A DNA stretch of 63,665 nucleotides, counting the filler, from Pelomyxa schiedti (lineage: Eukaryota; Protista; Evosea): assembly GCA_020536535.1 (NCBI GenBank). It is 12 parts of 12 records of this genome, joined end to end, with 100 filler letters (N's around TTAATTAATTAA, not from the genome) between each part and the next. Parts side by side here need not be neighbours in the genome. Positions count along the whole stretch, not along the records: positions 8,930 to 26,071 come from JAHLWZ010000013.1; 11 more parts are not named here. One strand, 5' to 3'. The notes beneath the pieces are model-generated. The model did no database searches, was not told where the DNA came from, and worked only from the letters and a program-made list of their open reading frames with translations. A program made the position numbers and the translations under genes. This document shows, one piece after another, positions 12,507 through 25,828 of the stretch. Each line of letters opens with the position of its first letter. The stretch's first letter is position 1.

Positions 12507-15500
12507 ATGCTCGGCCAACGGCCACTCGCGCGGATCTTGTTGTTGGCAGTCATATTAGCCAGATCTACGTACTGTGGTGATGTGCCACATGGTGCAGGGT
12601 GCGTAACGCTCGACGAAGTACCGTTCGTTATTACCGCCGACGTAACTGTGTGTCCGGGCACATATCAATTGGATGACTGGGACGAGACCGGCGCGGTGGT
12701 TGTGAAGGCATCTGGAGTTACGATAGATCTTATGGGCGTAGAGATCCAGAGCAGCCTATTTTGGGGATACGGCATTATTGTTGACTCGGTTAACGACGTT
12801 ACTGTATGCAGTCTCCTCGCTTTTCGTTTTCTCCCAGTGGTTTTCAGTGCTATCTCTTGTTTTGGAATAGTGATGGTGAATTAGATCACTGGTGGGTCTA
12901 TCAGTGGATATCGNNNNNNNNNNNNNNNNNNNNNNNNNNNNNNNNNNNNNNNNNNNNNNNNNNNNNNNNNNNNNNNNNNNNNNNNNNNNNNNNNNNNNNN
13001 NNNNNNNNNNNNNACGACGTTACTGTATGCAGTCTCCTCGCTTTTCGTTTTCTCCCAGTGGTTTTCAGTGCTATCTCTTGTTTTGGAATAGTGATGGTGA
13101 ATTAGATCACTGGTGGGTCTATCAGTGGATATCGGTGTGCTATTTTGCTACAGAATGGGCAAGGACACTTTGTATCTGGCTCTACTTTGTCCTATAACAG
13201 AGTGAGGCCTGTTACTAATACGAGTGCTGATTTTCTGGATGGTTGTCCTTTTCCTTTCATTTATTTTCCAACAATTTTTTTAGTTTGGCCAGACTTTGAT
13301 GGTCAGTTGGATGAAGATCAGGTTTGCACAGTACCAATTTACTTCCTTTTAATAAAGACAAAGGTTGGAGATGGTGTAGTATTAAACAACGTAATGAGTA
13401 GTACCATATCGGGGAATTTCATGTCCTACCAACAAAATGGAATTGGCTTATTTTCTGTACGTGACTTCACAATTCATGTCCACAAGGTGTACTCAAAATT
13501 CCCCAGAGCAACAGCAATATCATTACCAACAATGATTGTTCAACCAACGAAGGGTGGGGAATCCACATGCTCCGCTCTAGTTATAATATCGTTCAAAATA
13601 ATAAAGCAGACAATTGTTATCCCAAGGCCAGTCTACTTCCCTTTTTTTTACTCTTGTAACAAGAAACAAAGGTTTCCACGTATTGTCACAACTATCAACA
13701 AGATGGCTGCGATTCTGCTGCCCTTCTGATAATGAAGGCTTCAAATTATAACCAAATATTAGCAAACTCCCTGCAAAATGGAGGAGATGGCATTTTTGCT
13801 GCAGCTCAACAGTCGGACATTCACTGGTCTGATTATCCAATATTGGCACTTGTACTCACAACTAGCAGGGGATGCGATCATAATAGCTACATTGGAAATG
13901 ATGTTAGCTATGCCAAACACATTGTAGACACTCCACGTACAAAGAAACAGTACCCTTAACTCACGGCCACAGGCTTTAGAGTCTACCTTTGCCGATAGTA
14001 ATTACTTCGCCAACAATCTGGCATCCCATTGTGGGCGATATGGTGCCTGGCTTGGATTCTCAACAAATACCATTCTGGAGAACAATACCTTTACCGATAA
14101 TGCGGAGGTAAAAACTTCTTTTCTTTTCCGTTTACCGAAGGAAAAAAGGCAGGAATTTCCAATGAAAGTGTCTTTGGATTGATTCTTCTTGGAAACATAA
14201 TCACCAACAACAACCAGGGCATTGATCTCAGAAAGGGTGGTACAGATCTTGTGGACAGGGATTCTGCCAATTACTATTTCGAGAACAATGTCATCAGTGA
14301 CAATGAGCAAAATGGCGTTGTATTTCTAGATACACACAATGTAACGATGCTCAATAACGGTAAAACAATTGTAAGTTGGACCTTTTGTTTGACAAACCTT
14401 CAGAAATTTCCAATAACAAGGCCGGGAATTTGCTCTTTGAAGTATCAGTTTCTACGCAACTACGTGAGCCACTTCTGATAAATAATAACAGTATGGCATC
14501 CTCAGCAGCAGTTCCCAATGAGTTCTGACACAAACTTCTCCCCAAGATATATATCTCGGAACGGCACCATTCAACATAATGAACACACAAGCTACAAAGG
14601 TTGATGCTACATATAACTATTGGGGAACAACAGACTCCAATACTGTAAGGCTCCCATAACAGAAACAGTTAAACTAACTTTCACAAGATAGAAAGCACAA
14701 TAAAAGGCTCAGAGCAAATGGAAGTCATACCCCCAAATCCACTACCTTATCTAGAAGTTGTATTTGATCTTTCTGGAGTTCAGACTACTATACGCCGAGT
14801 AGTAAATGAGAGGGCTGACGATGCAACTGACGGAGATTTGAATTCGACTTTTGTTGGAAATGCTCAAGAATACCTTTACCTAGGAAATTTGGTAAGGAAA
14901 TTCTTTCCTTAATCTAGGTAATTGTTTCCAAGGGAGCACCCACGACGGTGGGGTTACGGTTCCGTGATATCTATGTCCCTCCATCTGCAACTATTTATTT
15001 TGCACAACTTGTTTTTCCAACGGAGGCTGCCACAAACGTTCTTTCTCTCAGCATGTATACCTGTTTTTCCCTCTTTGATATTACCATAACATTATTCTTA
15101 AAGTTATGCTGAAAAGTCAGCGGACTCATATCCCTTTGAGGAGAACTCCCTACCCAACACTCGTTACAAATCCTCAACCACAGTGAAATGGGATGTAAAT
15201 GAGGCATGGACAACGGGAGGGCTTTCCTATAGCCCAGATATTTCTTCAGTTGTACGTGAAGTTACATCGATGGAGGATTGGCAGAGTGGAAATGCCATTT
15301 CCATCTTGATATTGGATGCGGGTTCAATTGGGAGCCGAGCTCTGTGGGCTTTTGACAAAGTACCTTTGTTTCCAGCAATATATAAATTGATTTAATTATT
15401 AGGAAGGTTACATTACATATCCAAACACGCAGTCAGAATTTCGGCACTACAGGATACATAGGTTCATGAAATTTCAAGCTGAGTATACCTCCCAGAATTA

Positions 15501-16157
15501 TGGAATGTGTATTGAACGGGAGCTTGGCACAGGATATGACAATGCGGACATTTCCGCAGCTCCAGACAATGTCAATTTTGGCTGTATGAGTTCCTTTGCC
15601 CAGAAAAAATCTCACTGTATGTAGATATTTCTGGGACGAAATATGTTGCGGGATTTAGATTCAGTAATATCACACTCCCTTTATCTGCAACGCTGTCCTC
15701 AGTGAGCATGCTACTACCTACTGATGGCACCTATACATCACCGTTGTCTCTGCAACTCTATGCGGAGGATTATGCGTTCCCACAACCGTACTCATCTGGT
15801 GTGCTGAGTTCTTTTATAAAGACTAGCAATAACAACTATCTTTAAGTGGATGTTCCCCTACGAAGAGACCGATTACCCACCTACATACCATGGTCAGTCA
15901 CTGACACGTGGTACTACACTGATTGGCACACATCCCCAGACTTGACTACCCTAATGGAAGCCATACAACAAATTCCCGGGTGGACCGCTGGCTCCCCGAT
16001 TGCCTTTGATATAGTTCCCACAGCTGAGGCTGCACAACAAAGCTCCAGGAGAGTATGGGGCTTTGGCCGTGACCCCAGGACTAGCATACATGACTTTGTT
16101 GACGCAGGACCCACCCTCTATCAACCCTATGTATCAGAACCGTTCGTTGTAATGTGA
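12507..16157 (+). CDS. Secreted right-handed parallel beta-helix (NosD/pectin-lyase-like) protein with two C-terminal bacterial-type beta-sandwich modules
   Basis: Signal peptide MLGQRPLARILLLAVILA. Many 'GIxL..S..N.I.NN' coils and an 'A.YNYWG' motif. Two copies of 'DD..GLRF..I.P...W...SPD..W..G..I'. Confidence 0.8.
12914..13013. other. 100-N scaffold gap with duplicated flanks. Others at 17343, 29907, 33078, 35309, 43143 and 47035
   Basis: 12793-12913 (121 bp) is repeated exactly at 13014-13134. The other gaps show the same pattern. Confidence 0.95.
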
Positions 16158-16206
16158 GTTTAGAGAGCAAACAAGACAAAGGAATTTCCAGTAGCATGTT
16201 TCTATT

Positions 16207-18178
16207 TCACCGTTTTTTTTTAAAGTCGGTGCGTTGGGGAACATCACCGAAGTTCACAGATAGTACATTGGGGAACCTGGGGCATGATTTTAGCCATTGA
16301 ATGACTTTGTATGACCCCCAAAACGGCTCCTCATGACCAGGAACTGGCATGCCCAGTGTGCAGCATGTAATTCCCCCAACTGATAGGCTTCTACAGGGTC
16401 CTTGGAGCACAAAGTTGAAGAGGCAGCAACCAGGCCAAAGGTATGTTTTTTCTGGAAGAGTCTGGGGATTCAGGCTGGATGTAAGTGTGTTAGCTGAAGG
16501 AAGACACCATTTGCTGTGGTTATAAATGGGGTGATCCAATGTGATTTGAAGGAGCGTTCCATCACACTGCTGGAGAGAATAAATGGGTGTAGGCCTGGTT
16601 ACAATGCACCTAATGGAAGAGAGAGGGGACAGAGGATTAGGGGAAAAAAAATTAGACTAGAGAACCTTACATCCATATGCATGACACTGTTGTAAAAGGA
16701 AGTTCTTGGGAGCCAGTGGAGACCTGGTCTCCAACCCGAACATCACATACCTTCTGAACATGTTTCCTCCCATTCCTGTTGATGATAACGGTCGACTGCG
16801 GGCCAAAGCACACAGCATGTGAACTGAACAATCCAGAGATTGGTGATGCAAGAAGAGGTGCCCCAGAAATGCATGCTGTGTAGTAATTGTACAGAATAAG
16901 CGGGTCAAGACCATTGGTAGTAACATTCACTGCATGCTGACTTTGCAGCAGAAAATGTTGACTGTGAACGTAGGAGAAATGAAAATTCGGGACAATTGTA
17001 GAAATAATGAAGTCGGAAACTTCGTTCATAGTGGGAAATGCAGTAGGATATAACGTCCATGAGCAAGACGCCCAGTCACGCCAGTGAGGCCATTCAGCTT
17101 CCATAGCTGCAATTTGGATCAGGCGACTCGAGAGTCTTGTATCGCGACCAATCTAGGACTTCCGGTTAATTTATTGCTGAATATGTATTGTCTGGCACCT
17201 TGGAAAGATAAAAGCGAATGGGAATCAATAAAAACTTGGTAGCCCAAGAAGCAATTGCTGTTATCAAAGGTCTGGGAAGCATCAAATGAGCTTTTCCCTG
17301 CCGCACACCATGCAACAACGCAAGGGCAAACCATTTGCCAACNNNNNNNNNNNNNNNNNNNNNNNNNNNNNNNNNNNNNNNNNNNNNNNNNNNNNNNNNN
17401 NNNNNNNNNNNNNNNNNNNNNNNNNNNNNNNNNNNNNNNNNNGAATCAATAAAAACTTGGTAGCCCAAGAAGCAATTGCTGTTATCAAAGGTCTGGGAAG
17501 CATCAAATGAGCTTTTCCCTGCCGCACACCATGCAACAACGCAAGGGCAAACCATTTGCCAACTGTAACAGGATCATAAAGTTGGGTGACACTTGGAGGA
17601 GGGGAAATGTGATATATGTAGTTCCAAGGCACAGACTCCATCTTAGTGTGACATGGACACCTATAAATAAGATCGACGATAGTCAGTCCCATAACTGGAA
17701 CAAGGGAAACAAAAAGTGGCACATAAAACCCCGTCAACTCAAAAGCTACAACGACAAGCAACAAGCAACAAGCAACAATCAACAATCAACAACCAACCGA
17801 CCCCAAAAAAACCACGTCGAGAATAGATCCCCCAGAGCTGCTCACGACGCTCCCGACCTCATAAACCCCCTCGGCGCGCTGCCCGGGTGGCCTCCCGCCA
17901 TCGCCCGGGCCTGCCCTCCTCGACAGCACCGCGACGTACTTGTGGGCTGCCCCGTCCAGGGCCTGGCCGGGCCACAGTCCCTCGCCCACCCAGTCCGCGG
18001 GCAGCGGGAGCCGCCGCGTGGGCTCCCCCGCCTGCGCCTCGTCCTCCGCCTGCTTCTCCGCATCGGCCGCCGCCTGCATCTGCTTGTGGGTGATACTGGG
18101 GTCCCAGTACTCTGCGGCCTCCCCAGGGTGGAACAGAGACCGGTCTGGGTCGCGTGCGGCGCCGCGCCGTTTGTACAT
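16207..18178 (-). CDS. Hint (Vint-type hedgehog/intein-like) domain protein with uncharacterised N-terminus
   Basis: Spliced C-terminus reads AV-CFGPQSTV...DVRVGDQV...ITLDHPI...KWCLP...LFNFVL...VGGITCCTLG...PFWGS.KVIQWL..P.FP. Assignment of the 5' exons is less certain. Confidence 0.8.
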
Positions 18179-18253
18179 TGGAACGGCGTGCTTCGCGGAA
18201 GAGTCTTTTTTTTTCTCCGGAAAACTAACTGCCGAATCACACGAAGGCGGGAG

Positions 18254-20306
18254 ATGGCGGCAACGGTGTGGGGAATTGAGTAGCGTAAAAGTCAATCCAC
18301 CGACCTTGACTGTGACTAGGTCGATGTGTCGAGAATTGACGAGCACACTGACGAGCCTGCTGTGTTGCAGGGGAAAATTGCGCAATTGGCCGAAATGGTG
18401 AAAGCTAGCCATTACACTGTGTTTTTCACAGGTTGCATGTGTTTTAATGTAGTGCTGTGTGAATTGCAATTCTTATCACCACATACTAATTTATTGTAAT
18501 TGTCAAGGGGCTGGAATTTCCACATCTTCAGGTGTTGGGGACTTTCGTGGCCCATCAGGTGCTTGGACGAACGATAGAATTTCTCACCTCGAAAAGGCGG
18601 AGTCTCGTTCTGAAGAGGACGAAAGAGAATTGGAAATTCTGAAACGGAGTAGAGAAAACGAACTGAAGAAGGTTATATCTTCATTCCTATTGCTTCGTTT
18701 TCTGATCAGCACATATATTTTCACCTGCAACATCGAATATAGGCTGAAAAGCAAGTGGACGTGTGTTACCAAAGTAAGAAAAAAGTCTTCTGAGCTTTTT
18801 GTTCTCCTCTCCCCTGTAGATCACAGATGCGGAGCCAAATGTAACCCATATGTCAATGGTGACACTTCTTCACCGAGGACTTGCACATTATATGGTAACA
18901 ACAAACTGTGATGGAATTTTGCGAAAAGCGGGATTCGTGGGACACGTTAACTTGACCTGCTTGCACGGTGACATTTATGTTGAGAGATGCACTGCTTGTG
19001 GATACGACTTCGAAAGAAACTGGCATGTGTGTTGGAACCTCTCCACTTATCCCAGTTTTCACTAAGTCTTGTTTCCAGACCAGGCAACCAGATACCCACA
19101 TCCATGACCACGGGCTTGGGAACTGCACTAGATGTGGAAGCCAATTACCAGCAAAGTACACAGGCTATTTGACTGCACCCAATGTGAAAACTGGGTCCAG
19201 AACCTCTTTTACCGTTAATGGGTAGGTGGATAAACACCTTCGGCACAATTACAAATGCATTTAAGGTTGATTTCTACCACCGATTCCAATATGGGAACCA
19301 AGGATACACGTAATACTTTCCTCCCTTTCCCACTCTCTCCTTAAAGTAAAAAAAGACATCAACTTTGGTGAGAACTTAGATAAAGTACTACCCTCACTTG
19401 AAAATAAAATTCATGCCCGTAACATCTTAGATGGATTGGAATGAAGCTGCTGAACAATGTGGAAGAGCCGATCTTATCATAGTTGCAGGCTCCTCCATGT
19501 CCTTGAGGTTTTTTCTACTACTTTTTATCTGAATGGCTACCAGTTCTTTTAAATTTAGGCATGTTACCCATTTTCCCTTCATGGCTAAAAAGGCTTGTTT
19601 TTATCTCAATGAATATCACTGACTCTTTACTTATAGACAGTGATTATTAATTTACAGCCAACCCCTGATGATCGGAAGGCGCACCTTAGAATCTGGGCAA
19701 CGTAACGAGCTTCTTCAATCCTAAGTTCTTAAATTAATGCAGCTGTGACGAGGTTTTTGTTGGACTAATGGGAGCGTTGGGGGTCCCCATAGAGCAACCT
19801 CCGATATGGCATCCCAAAGATGCCCTTCCAATTAGTGAAATTCCCAAGGTAACATTGTATCTTGGCACAGACGTTTTTCTAAACGAAGAAAGGAAGTTAA
19901 CTCTTACTACATTGAAGCAGCCATGCGGCTGAGCCAGAGAGCAATACTTGCCGGTGGGATTCTTCTTGGGAACACCTATTCCCACAACCCCGGCACCACC
20001 CCACCCCATGAATACACTCTCTATGTAAAACCAGCCCCTGTGTGTTCCACAGCAGACCTTGAAGCTCTTATTCGTTGTGTGGAATTCCGAATTCCACAAG
20101 TGGGAGGCTCAGGATTTTCTGTTCAGAAGGTTTTACATGCCCCATTCCAAGTTGTGCATAGAGTGGAGGAATTACCCTCTGAACCCCACCTGGCGGCTGT
20201 GGTTGTTATAATGTTCCGAGTCAAGCTGCACAAACCAAACAAGACCCTCAACCACACCCTTTGCTTCTCTTCTCCGGACACCAGTTCTACCATCAACATA
20301 AGCTGA
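18254..20306 (+). CDS. Class IV (SIRT6/7-like) sirtuin with C-terminal YEATS-like domain
   Basis: FTGAGISTSSGVGDFRGPSGAWT, TTNCDG, LHGDIYVERC, two CxxC pairs, INFGENL, GSSMS, IINLQPTPDD. Intron 19849-19892 joins this in frame to ORF 19923-20306. Confidence 0.88.
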
Positions 20307-20361
20307 AGTTTATGTTTTGAAATAAATTTTTTTTTTCCTCCTTGACATTCTGGTGTGCCTT

Positions 20362-22656
20362 TTATTCAGCACCAAAGAATGAGCCACCAATGAACTCTCT
20401 CAGGAGTGATGATGGTGGCACTGAGTCATGTGGAATGGCAATAAATGTGTTGAGGATTCTCATAAGGTTTCTTGCTACATTGTATACTTCCATGTTCGGA
20501 TTGACCGACTGCAACAATGGTAATACATACTGCTTCAAAACCTTTTGGAAATTCGTCAGATAGGGATCCGGGATTAATAACTTTACACACAGCTGGTTCA
20601 TAGTCCAGAGACGTGTTGCAAACAACATCAGCCGAGGACATAAACGGGAAGATATGCTTCTCTTCACCAGCCGAAACTGATTGCCAACGGGCAAGTGTTT
20701 GTTGTGCCGAGTATCCTCGGTGATTGTAATCACGCACAATACGCCTCATTACACGTGCGAGACTGTGGCTCATGAAGTTATACTCGTCAATGTTAATCTA
20801 TATGAAGGGCTTGGGATGAGTTTTTGGGTGGTGGGTCTACAAAAAGGAGGAAACCTGGGAAAGAGGAGCCAGGAAAATCTTGAATTTAAGCTCTGCTGGT
20901 ACCAGGGGGGTCAGTTTATCATTCATACAGTGGATTCCCTCCATGATTATAACGCCATTTGGAGGAAGCTGCATAGGAATTGATTTGTTTTGCATTGCTG
21001 CTCCCGCTTTGAAGTCATATATGGGGCTGTCAATCTCCTCACCCCTGAAAAGTGCCAAAAGGTGTTCATTCAAGTAATTGATTCTGATTGCCTAAAGCCC
21101 AGGTTTAGAGTGGTTTTGCGTGGCATTCCGAAACTACCTCCAGGCACTCAAAGTCCCATTTTCCATTTTCGTCTTTAGGAGTTTCAACTCTTGGTACAAA
21201 GTAATTGTCGATGGTCATGGTGATTGCTGGAATACCCAATATTGCCAATTGTGTTGACAACTTGCATGCAAATGTAGTTTTGCCGGAAGCTGAAGGACCT
21301 GCAATTAGAATCACTTTGGGATGAGTAGTCCGAGCAGCAATCTGGACAGCTATTTGAACAATCTTCTGATTGTGCAGCGCCTCGCACATAGCAACAACAT
21401 GCTTCCCTTTGTTTGCAACGACTTGCTTGTTTAGCTCACCAACACATCCGACCTAATGAATGAAAGTTTATTGGGAACTGGGACGTTTAAGTGCATGGCC
21501 ACTGACCTTAATTGTCCTTCCCCAATCGTTGTACTCCCGGAAAATTCCATTCATCAATTTGTCATCAATAAAGCAAGGAGACAAAGACCTACATTTGTAA
21601 GGGCACACAGTGAAAAACAAATGGAGTAAAATTAAGAGTTCAAACCTTGTTTTCTTTGAAGGGAACCTCAGTACAAAACCGTAGTCACTCTCCCCCAAAT
21701 CAAAGTCCAGCAGGATGCCGGTGTTAGAAACTAGAGCTCGTAAGTCAAGAGCCATGTAATCAGCACACAATGAGCACTTGACACAGTTGTTATTTTCCGT
21801 TTGTAAAAGTTGTATGGAGTAGTCTCTTCCCGTTGATTCGAAATAAGCAAGAGCTTCTTCATAGGACAGAAGCACCTCACTTATATCTAGTGAGGACGAT
21901 ATAATCTTCCGCATAGCAGTGCGGAGCCTGGCTATGTCAGCAGGGGGCACAGACTTTCCTCCACAAACGGAACACATATAGCCAGAGCCTCCACTATAGT
22001 GTTCAAGCGTAACCTACATGATCCTTATTTCTGCTCAAGGATGGGATTAGATAGGTACCTTCCATTCCTTTCCAAATTCCTGGAGGGCAGCCATTCCCAT
22101 GACAAAAACCAATGACCTCCTGTATATGCTCCACCCCTCTTCCGAATCCAAAAAGATAGGAGATATATTAACCCTGTGCACCTGGCACACCGTAGCCAAG
22201 CTTGTTGCCTAAAATACCTCAGTGTACTGCAAGGTTATAGTTTGTTTTGAAGCAAAAATCAAAGTTGATGAAACGAGAAAAAACGCAACGAGGGAGGGGG
22301 GGAAATTACAGCCCACAATTAGTACTTACCACTCCGTTTACATAAGCGGCAATAAGAGCACTAGTGTTTAGAGCGGAAGTAGAAGCTCCCCCAGTCCCTG
22401 GGGCCTTTGGTTTTGCCATAGCCATCACATCAGGGTCTGTGGCCAACACCCTGAGGCTCAGCGGGAATTCGTATTCCTTCGTGATGACGACGTCCGTTGA
22501 TGGTGGGGACGCCGGGGTACCACTTGTTGACGTTGGTGTTGGTGTTGTTGTCGGGGATGGGGATGATGGCGACGGGGCCAGGCCGCCTCCGGCCTCGTGG
22601 GACCTCAATGTGACAACGCACCTGTTGCTGCGTATGAATTGCGTAGATGTGCTCAT
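20362..22656 (-). CDS. Nucleoside (uridine) kinase with N-terminal ThrRS TGS/editing-like region, bacterial-type architecture
   Basis: 'IAAYVNG', 'EGWSIYRRSL', 'EALHNQKIVQIA', P-loop IAGPSASGKTT, IDNYF, EGIH, RRIVRD..RG, 'SLLREFIGGS'. Confidence 0.9.
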
Positions 22657-22860
22657 TGTGGGACAAGTCGTTCGAACAACCAACCAAGGGACACGCGAAA
22701 GGTTGGTTTGGTTTTTTTTTTTTCCTGTTTCCCGGTCGGTTCGCGGAAGGGGTCATCTTAGGGGAATTTCGCTCCGCTGTGAACTAAAGAGTTCTTTGGT
22801 AAACATTTCTGGGTGTGGTCATTCATTCGGAAGTCGTTATGTGGCCCTTTGGTTGTTCAT

Positions 22861-25828
22861 TCACCTGAGGGACTCCAAAATTTGGGATAGAAGCTGGGCT
22901 CTAGCTCTCAGCAGAGACGCGAAAATCGGCGTTCTGAGAGCAGCTTGGTGGCCGTTCAGCACTATATTTTGGGGTTAGTCACAATCTTTTGGGAGTGAGG
23001 TTGGGTGGTACGTTTGGTAATGAGGAATTCCTTGAATGTGATGTCCTTGTTAAACAGGGGTGGTGCGGCGAGTTGGGGTCCAAATGGGCACATTTCTTTC
23101 CGCGAAGCTATAGCCACGCTATGACAAAAGTTGAGTATTGAGGGCGGTTCACAGCTAAAAGGTATTTTGGGTGGCTTTTACCGGTACTTGTTGGAAGGTG
23201 CTTCTTCAACAACCAGATAGACATCTTTTGTTTTGGTTAGTTGGTTCGAATATAATGAATAATTGAGAAATGACATCATACGGGTGAAGTCTGTGGTTAT
23301 GCATTGAGGTGGAAATGGTGTAGGACCTTCTTTATAAACAATACAAACAACGTCATTACCAATTTTCCGTTTTCTCTCTAACTGGAAAGGCAGATGAGTA
23401 CAAGGTCAACAAGACATAGACCTACGACCTTATCACCTGTGTTGGGCATCAGAGGCGCTACATGATACATAATCTCCAGCCCTCGCCACGCCGTGTGGTA
23501 ACTTATCGTGCCGTGGGTGCCATCTGTACCCCCATTAGTTTTCGATGATCCTAGTGATAGTTACTGTTGATATCAAGCTCTCCAGAATAGCCAGAAAATC
23601 CCTTTAGAACTACCCGGCTTCCAATCAGATTCAAAAATTCTTCAAATTTGGGACTGATATCATCTTGAGGGAAGTTACTTGAACAATGGAACTAGGGACT
23701 ACCATTGGCCAAGATTGAATTTTGGTCTGTTTGGTTTGGCTTGACATAAATTACACCGAAGTTGAATGTCTTCCTTATCTGTTTTTTTGGAAAGTTATGT
23801 AATGCAATTACACACAAAGAAGCAAACCAATTTTTTGTCTAATTCAATAAGCCTGTCAACCAGTTCTCTGTTGGATGCACTTGTATAGTGGCTTATAAGC
23901 TTACATTTTTGCCCCAGTGTGGACAACACCTCCACACACTCTTTTGATGTTTTGCATCTTGTTGGCTCAATTATACTCCATTTATCTGCCTTGCTTGTGT
24001 TTTGGAGGGGAGAAGATTACTATTGAAGTACAATATTATATATGGTTACCCCAACATGTCTGATTATTGCACGCTGGTTATTGTTCATTAATGGCTCTCC
24101 CTCAAGGCACACGGAAGCAATAACTGGTTGACCATTTGATTGCCGAGCAATTATATTTACATGATCTTAAATTGAATTAGAATAAAAAAAATTGAGATTG
24201 CAAAGGATGGCAACCTCTTCTACTAATGTAGTCTGTGTAGTAACGCTCAAAGTCTAAGGGATCATCCAACAGAAATACGTTATTTCCTTGTGGTCCTGAG
24301 CCAAACTCGAGTCTGAAATGGTCTTTCGCAGCAACATCAATCAATTGCTCTTTCTGTGGGCATTTAAATGAGCTCACAATAAGAAAGTAAGACCTCTGAT
24401 GCTGTAGGAAGAACACTCGCAAAAGACATTCGCCTCATTGTGGGAAGACGCCTTCTTGGTAGAAAGTTGTCAAGCAGTTCCTTGGTCTTATTTTTCTAGA
24501 CAAGGGAAATATTAAGAAAATTGTTCCGCTGTGTATGTGGTACCTCTGTTTGATATTTTGGGTGCTTGACATAGACAATTAAGTCATTCAAGTCTGGTCT
24601 ACGATGAGACAGGACAAGAAACTGGAGACAGGGTAACCTTGAACACAGTCACTTACAGTATCACTGGGAGGTGTTCCTGTATTGACTGATGAAGTGGGAG
24701 GGGGGGATGTTCTGAGAGAAAGGGAAGTAGTTGCAGTTTGGAGTATATCTAATGACTGTCTAGCTGGAACAAGATTATTTATCATTACACTTTGTCTATC
24801 GCCTCTTGGAAAGTTGTTTACACTCAAGAGGGTTAAGGCAGAGAGAGGTTCCCTTTGAGAAGCTGAGGTTGGAGCTAGCTCTTGTGATTGCGCTGAGGAT
24901 TGTTGTGGAGGGAATGGAGGTGGAGGAATGTATCTCTCAGGTGTAGTGGTTGTTGAAGATGGAGAGCATGCTTCTTCTTTGACACGATCTGAGCTTTTCT
25001 TTGCAGATGAAACAATAGCAGATGCATTTGGGGCTTTATCCAGTTACAAGACGAATTGAAGCTACACTGGAAGGGGTAAACCATTTGGGTACTTTGAAAG
25101 ATCAATGCCAGTAGATATTTTGCTGACAAGTTCAAGGATTTGTGCTTGATCAGTTACAGCTGCCAGAGGGTCTTGCATAATACCTTTCACTAGTTTGCAT
25201 AGCAAACTCACTTCTAGAAATTGCATCTTTTGTTTAAATATCAGGTTTTTTGGTGTGTTGAGAGAAGTTTAGCTAACCACTGCCAATATGGGTGCATTTT
25301 CAGGGGATTCCAGCTGTGTATGGTAGTGGACTATTTTTTCTGCATTTTGTTGAGTTGATAATTTTGTTGGAATAGAAGAGGGCCCAAAAACAAACCGTGA
25401 ACAGTGCGCAGGGAATTAATGTCAGGAAGGAGTTTAGATAATCTCATTCGTGTGGATTTGGCAGGCGGTTGTTGAACACTACAAGGGAAAAAAACATACT
25501 GCACTCCTCTCTGTTTTAGAAATTGGCACTCATGTCACTATGTTTGTATCTATAGATAAAAAAAACAAAAAAAAACCTCCACTCTGTCTACAGGACGAAA
25601 GTGAACGACATTAGGCGGCACATTCCTACTGCAGTCCCCTGTAACAATTGGACCAAAAAAATAACACAAACAGAAACGCCTGGCTCGCGTTGTTGAGAAA
25701 AAACGCACTTACCCATAACTGTTTCTTCTCTTCTTCGATTTTTTGTTTTTTTTTGTTTTTAATCATCCCTCGTGCGGTTTCGCGTATTGTCGGTACCCAG
25801 GAGCGAGGTCGAAGGAGCTTTGTGCCAT
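22861..25828 (-). CDS. Rap/Ran-GAP domain protein (multi-exon; start approximate)
   Basis: FGVIYVK..Q, FEEFLNLIG, GFSGYSGELD, EIMYHVAPLMP, RKRKIGNDVVCIVY, FGPQL, FLITKLLNG. Ser/Pro-rich N-terminal region. Confidence 0.9.

Noticed and set aside
17507-18283. 258-aa plus-strand ORF and similar long overlapping ORFs (522, 22364, 41985, 58472)
   Set aside because: Shadow frames of GC-rich coding sequence on another frame or strand, with no recognisable motifs.
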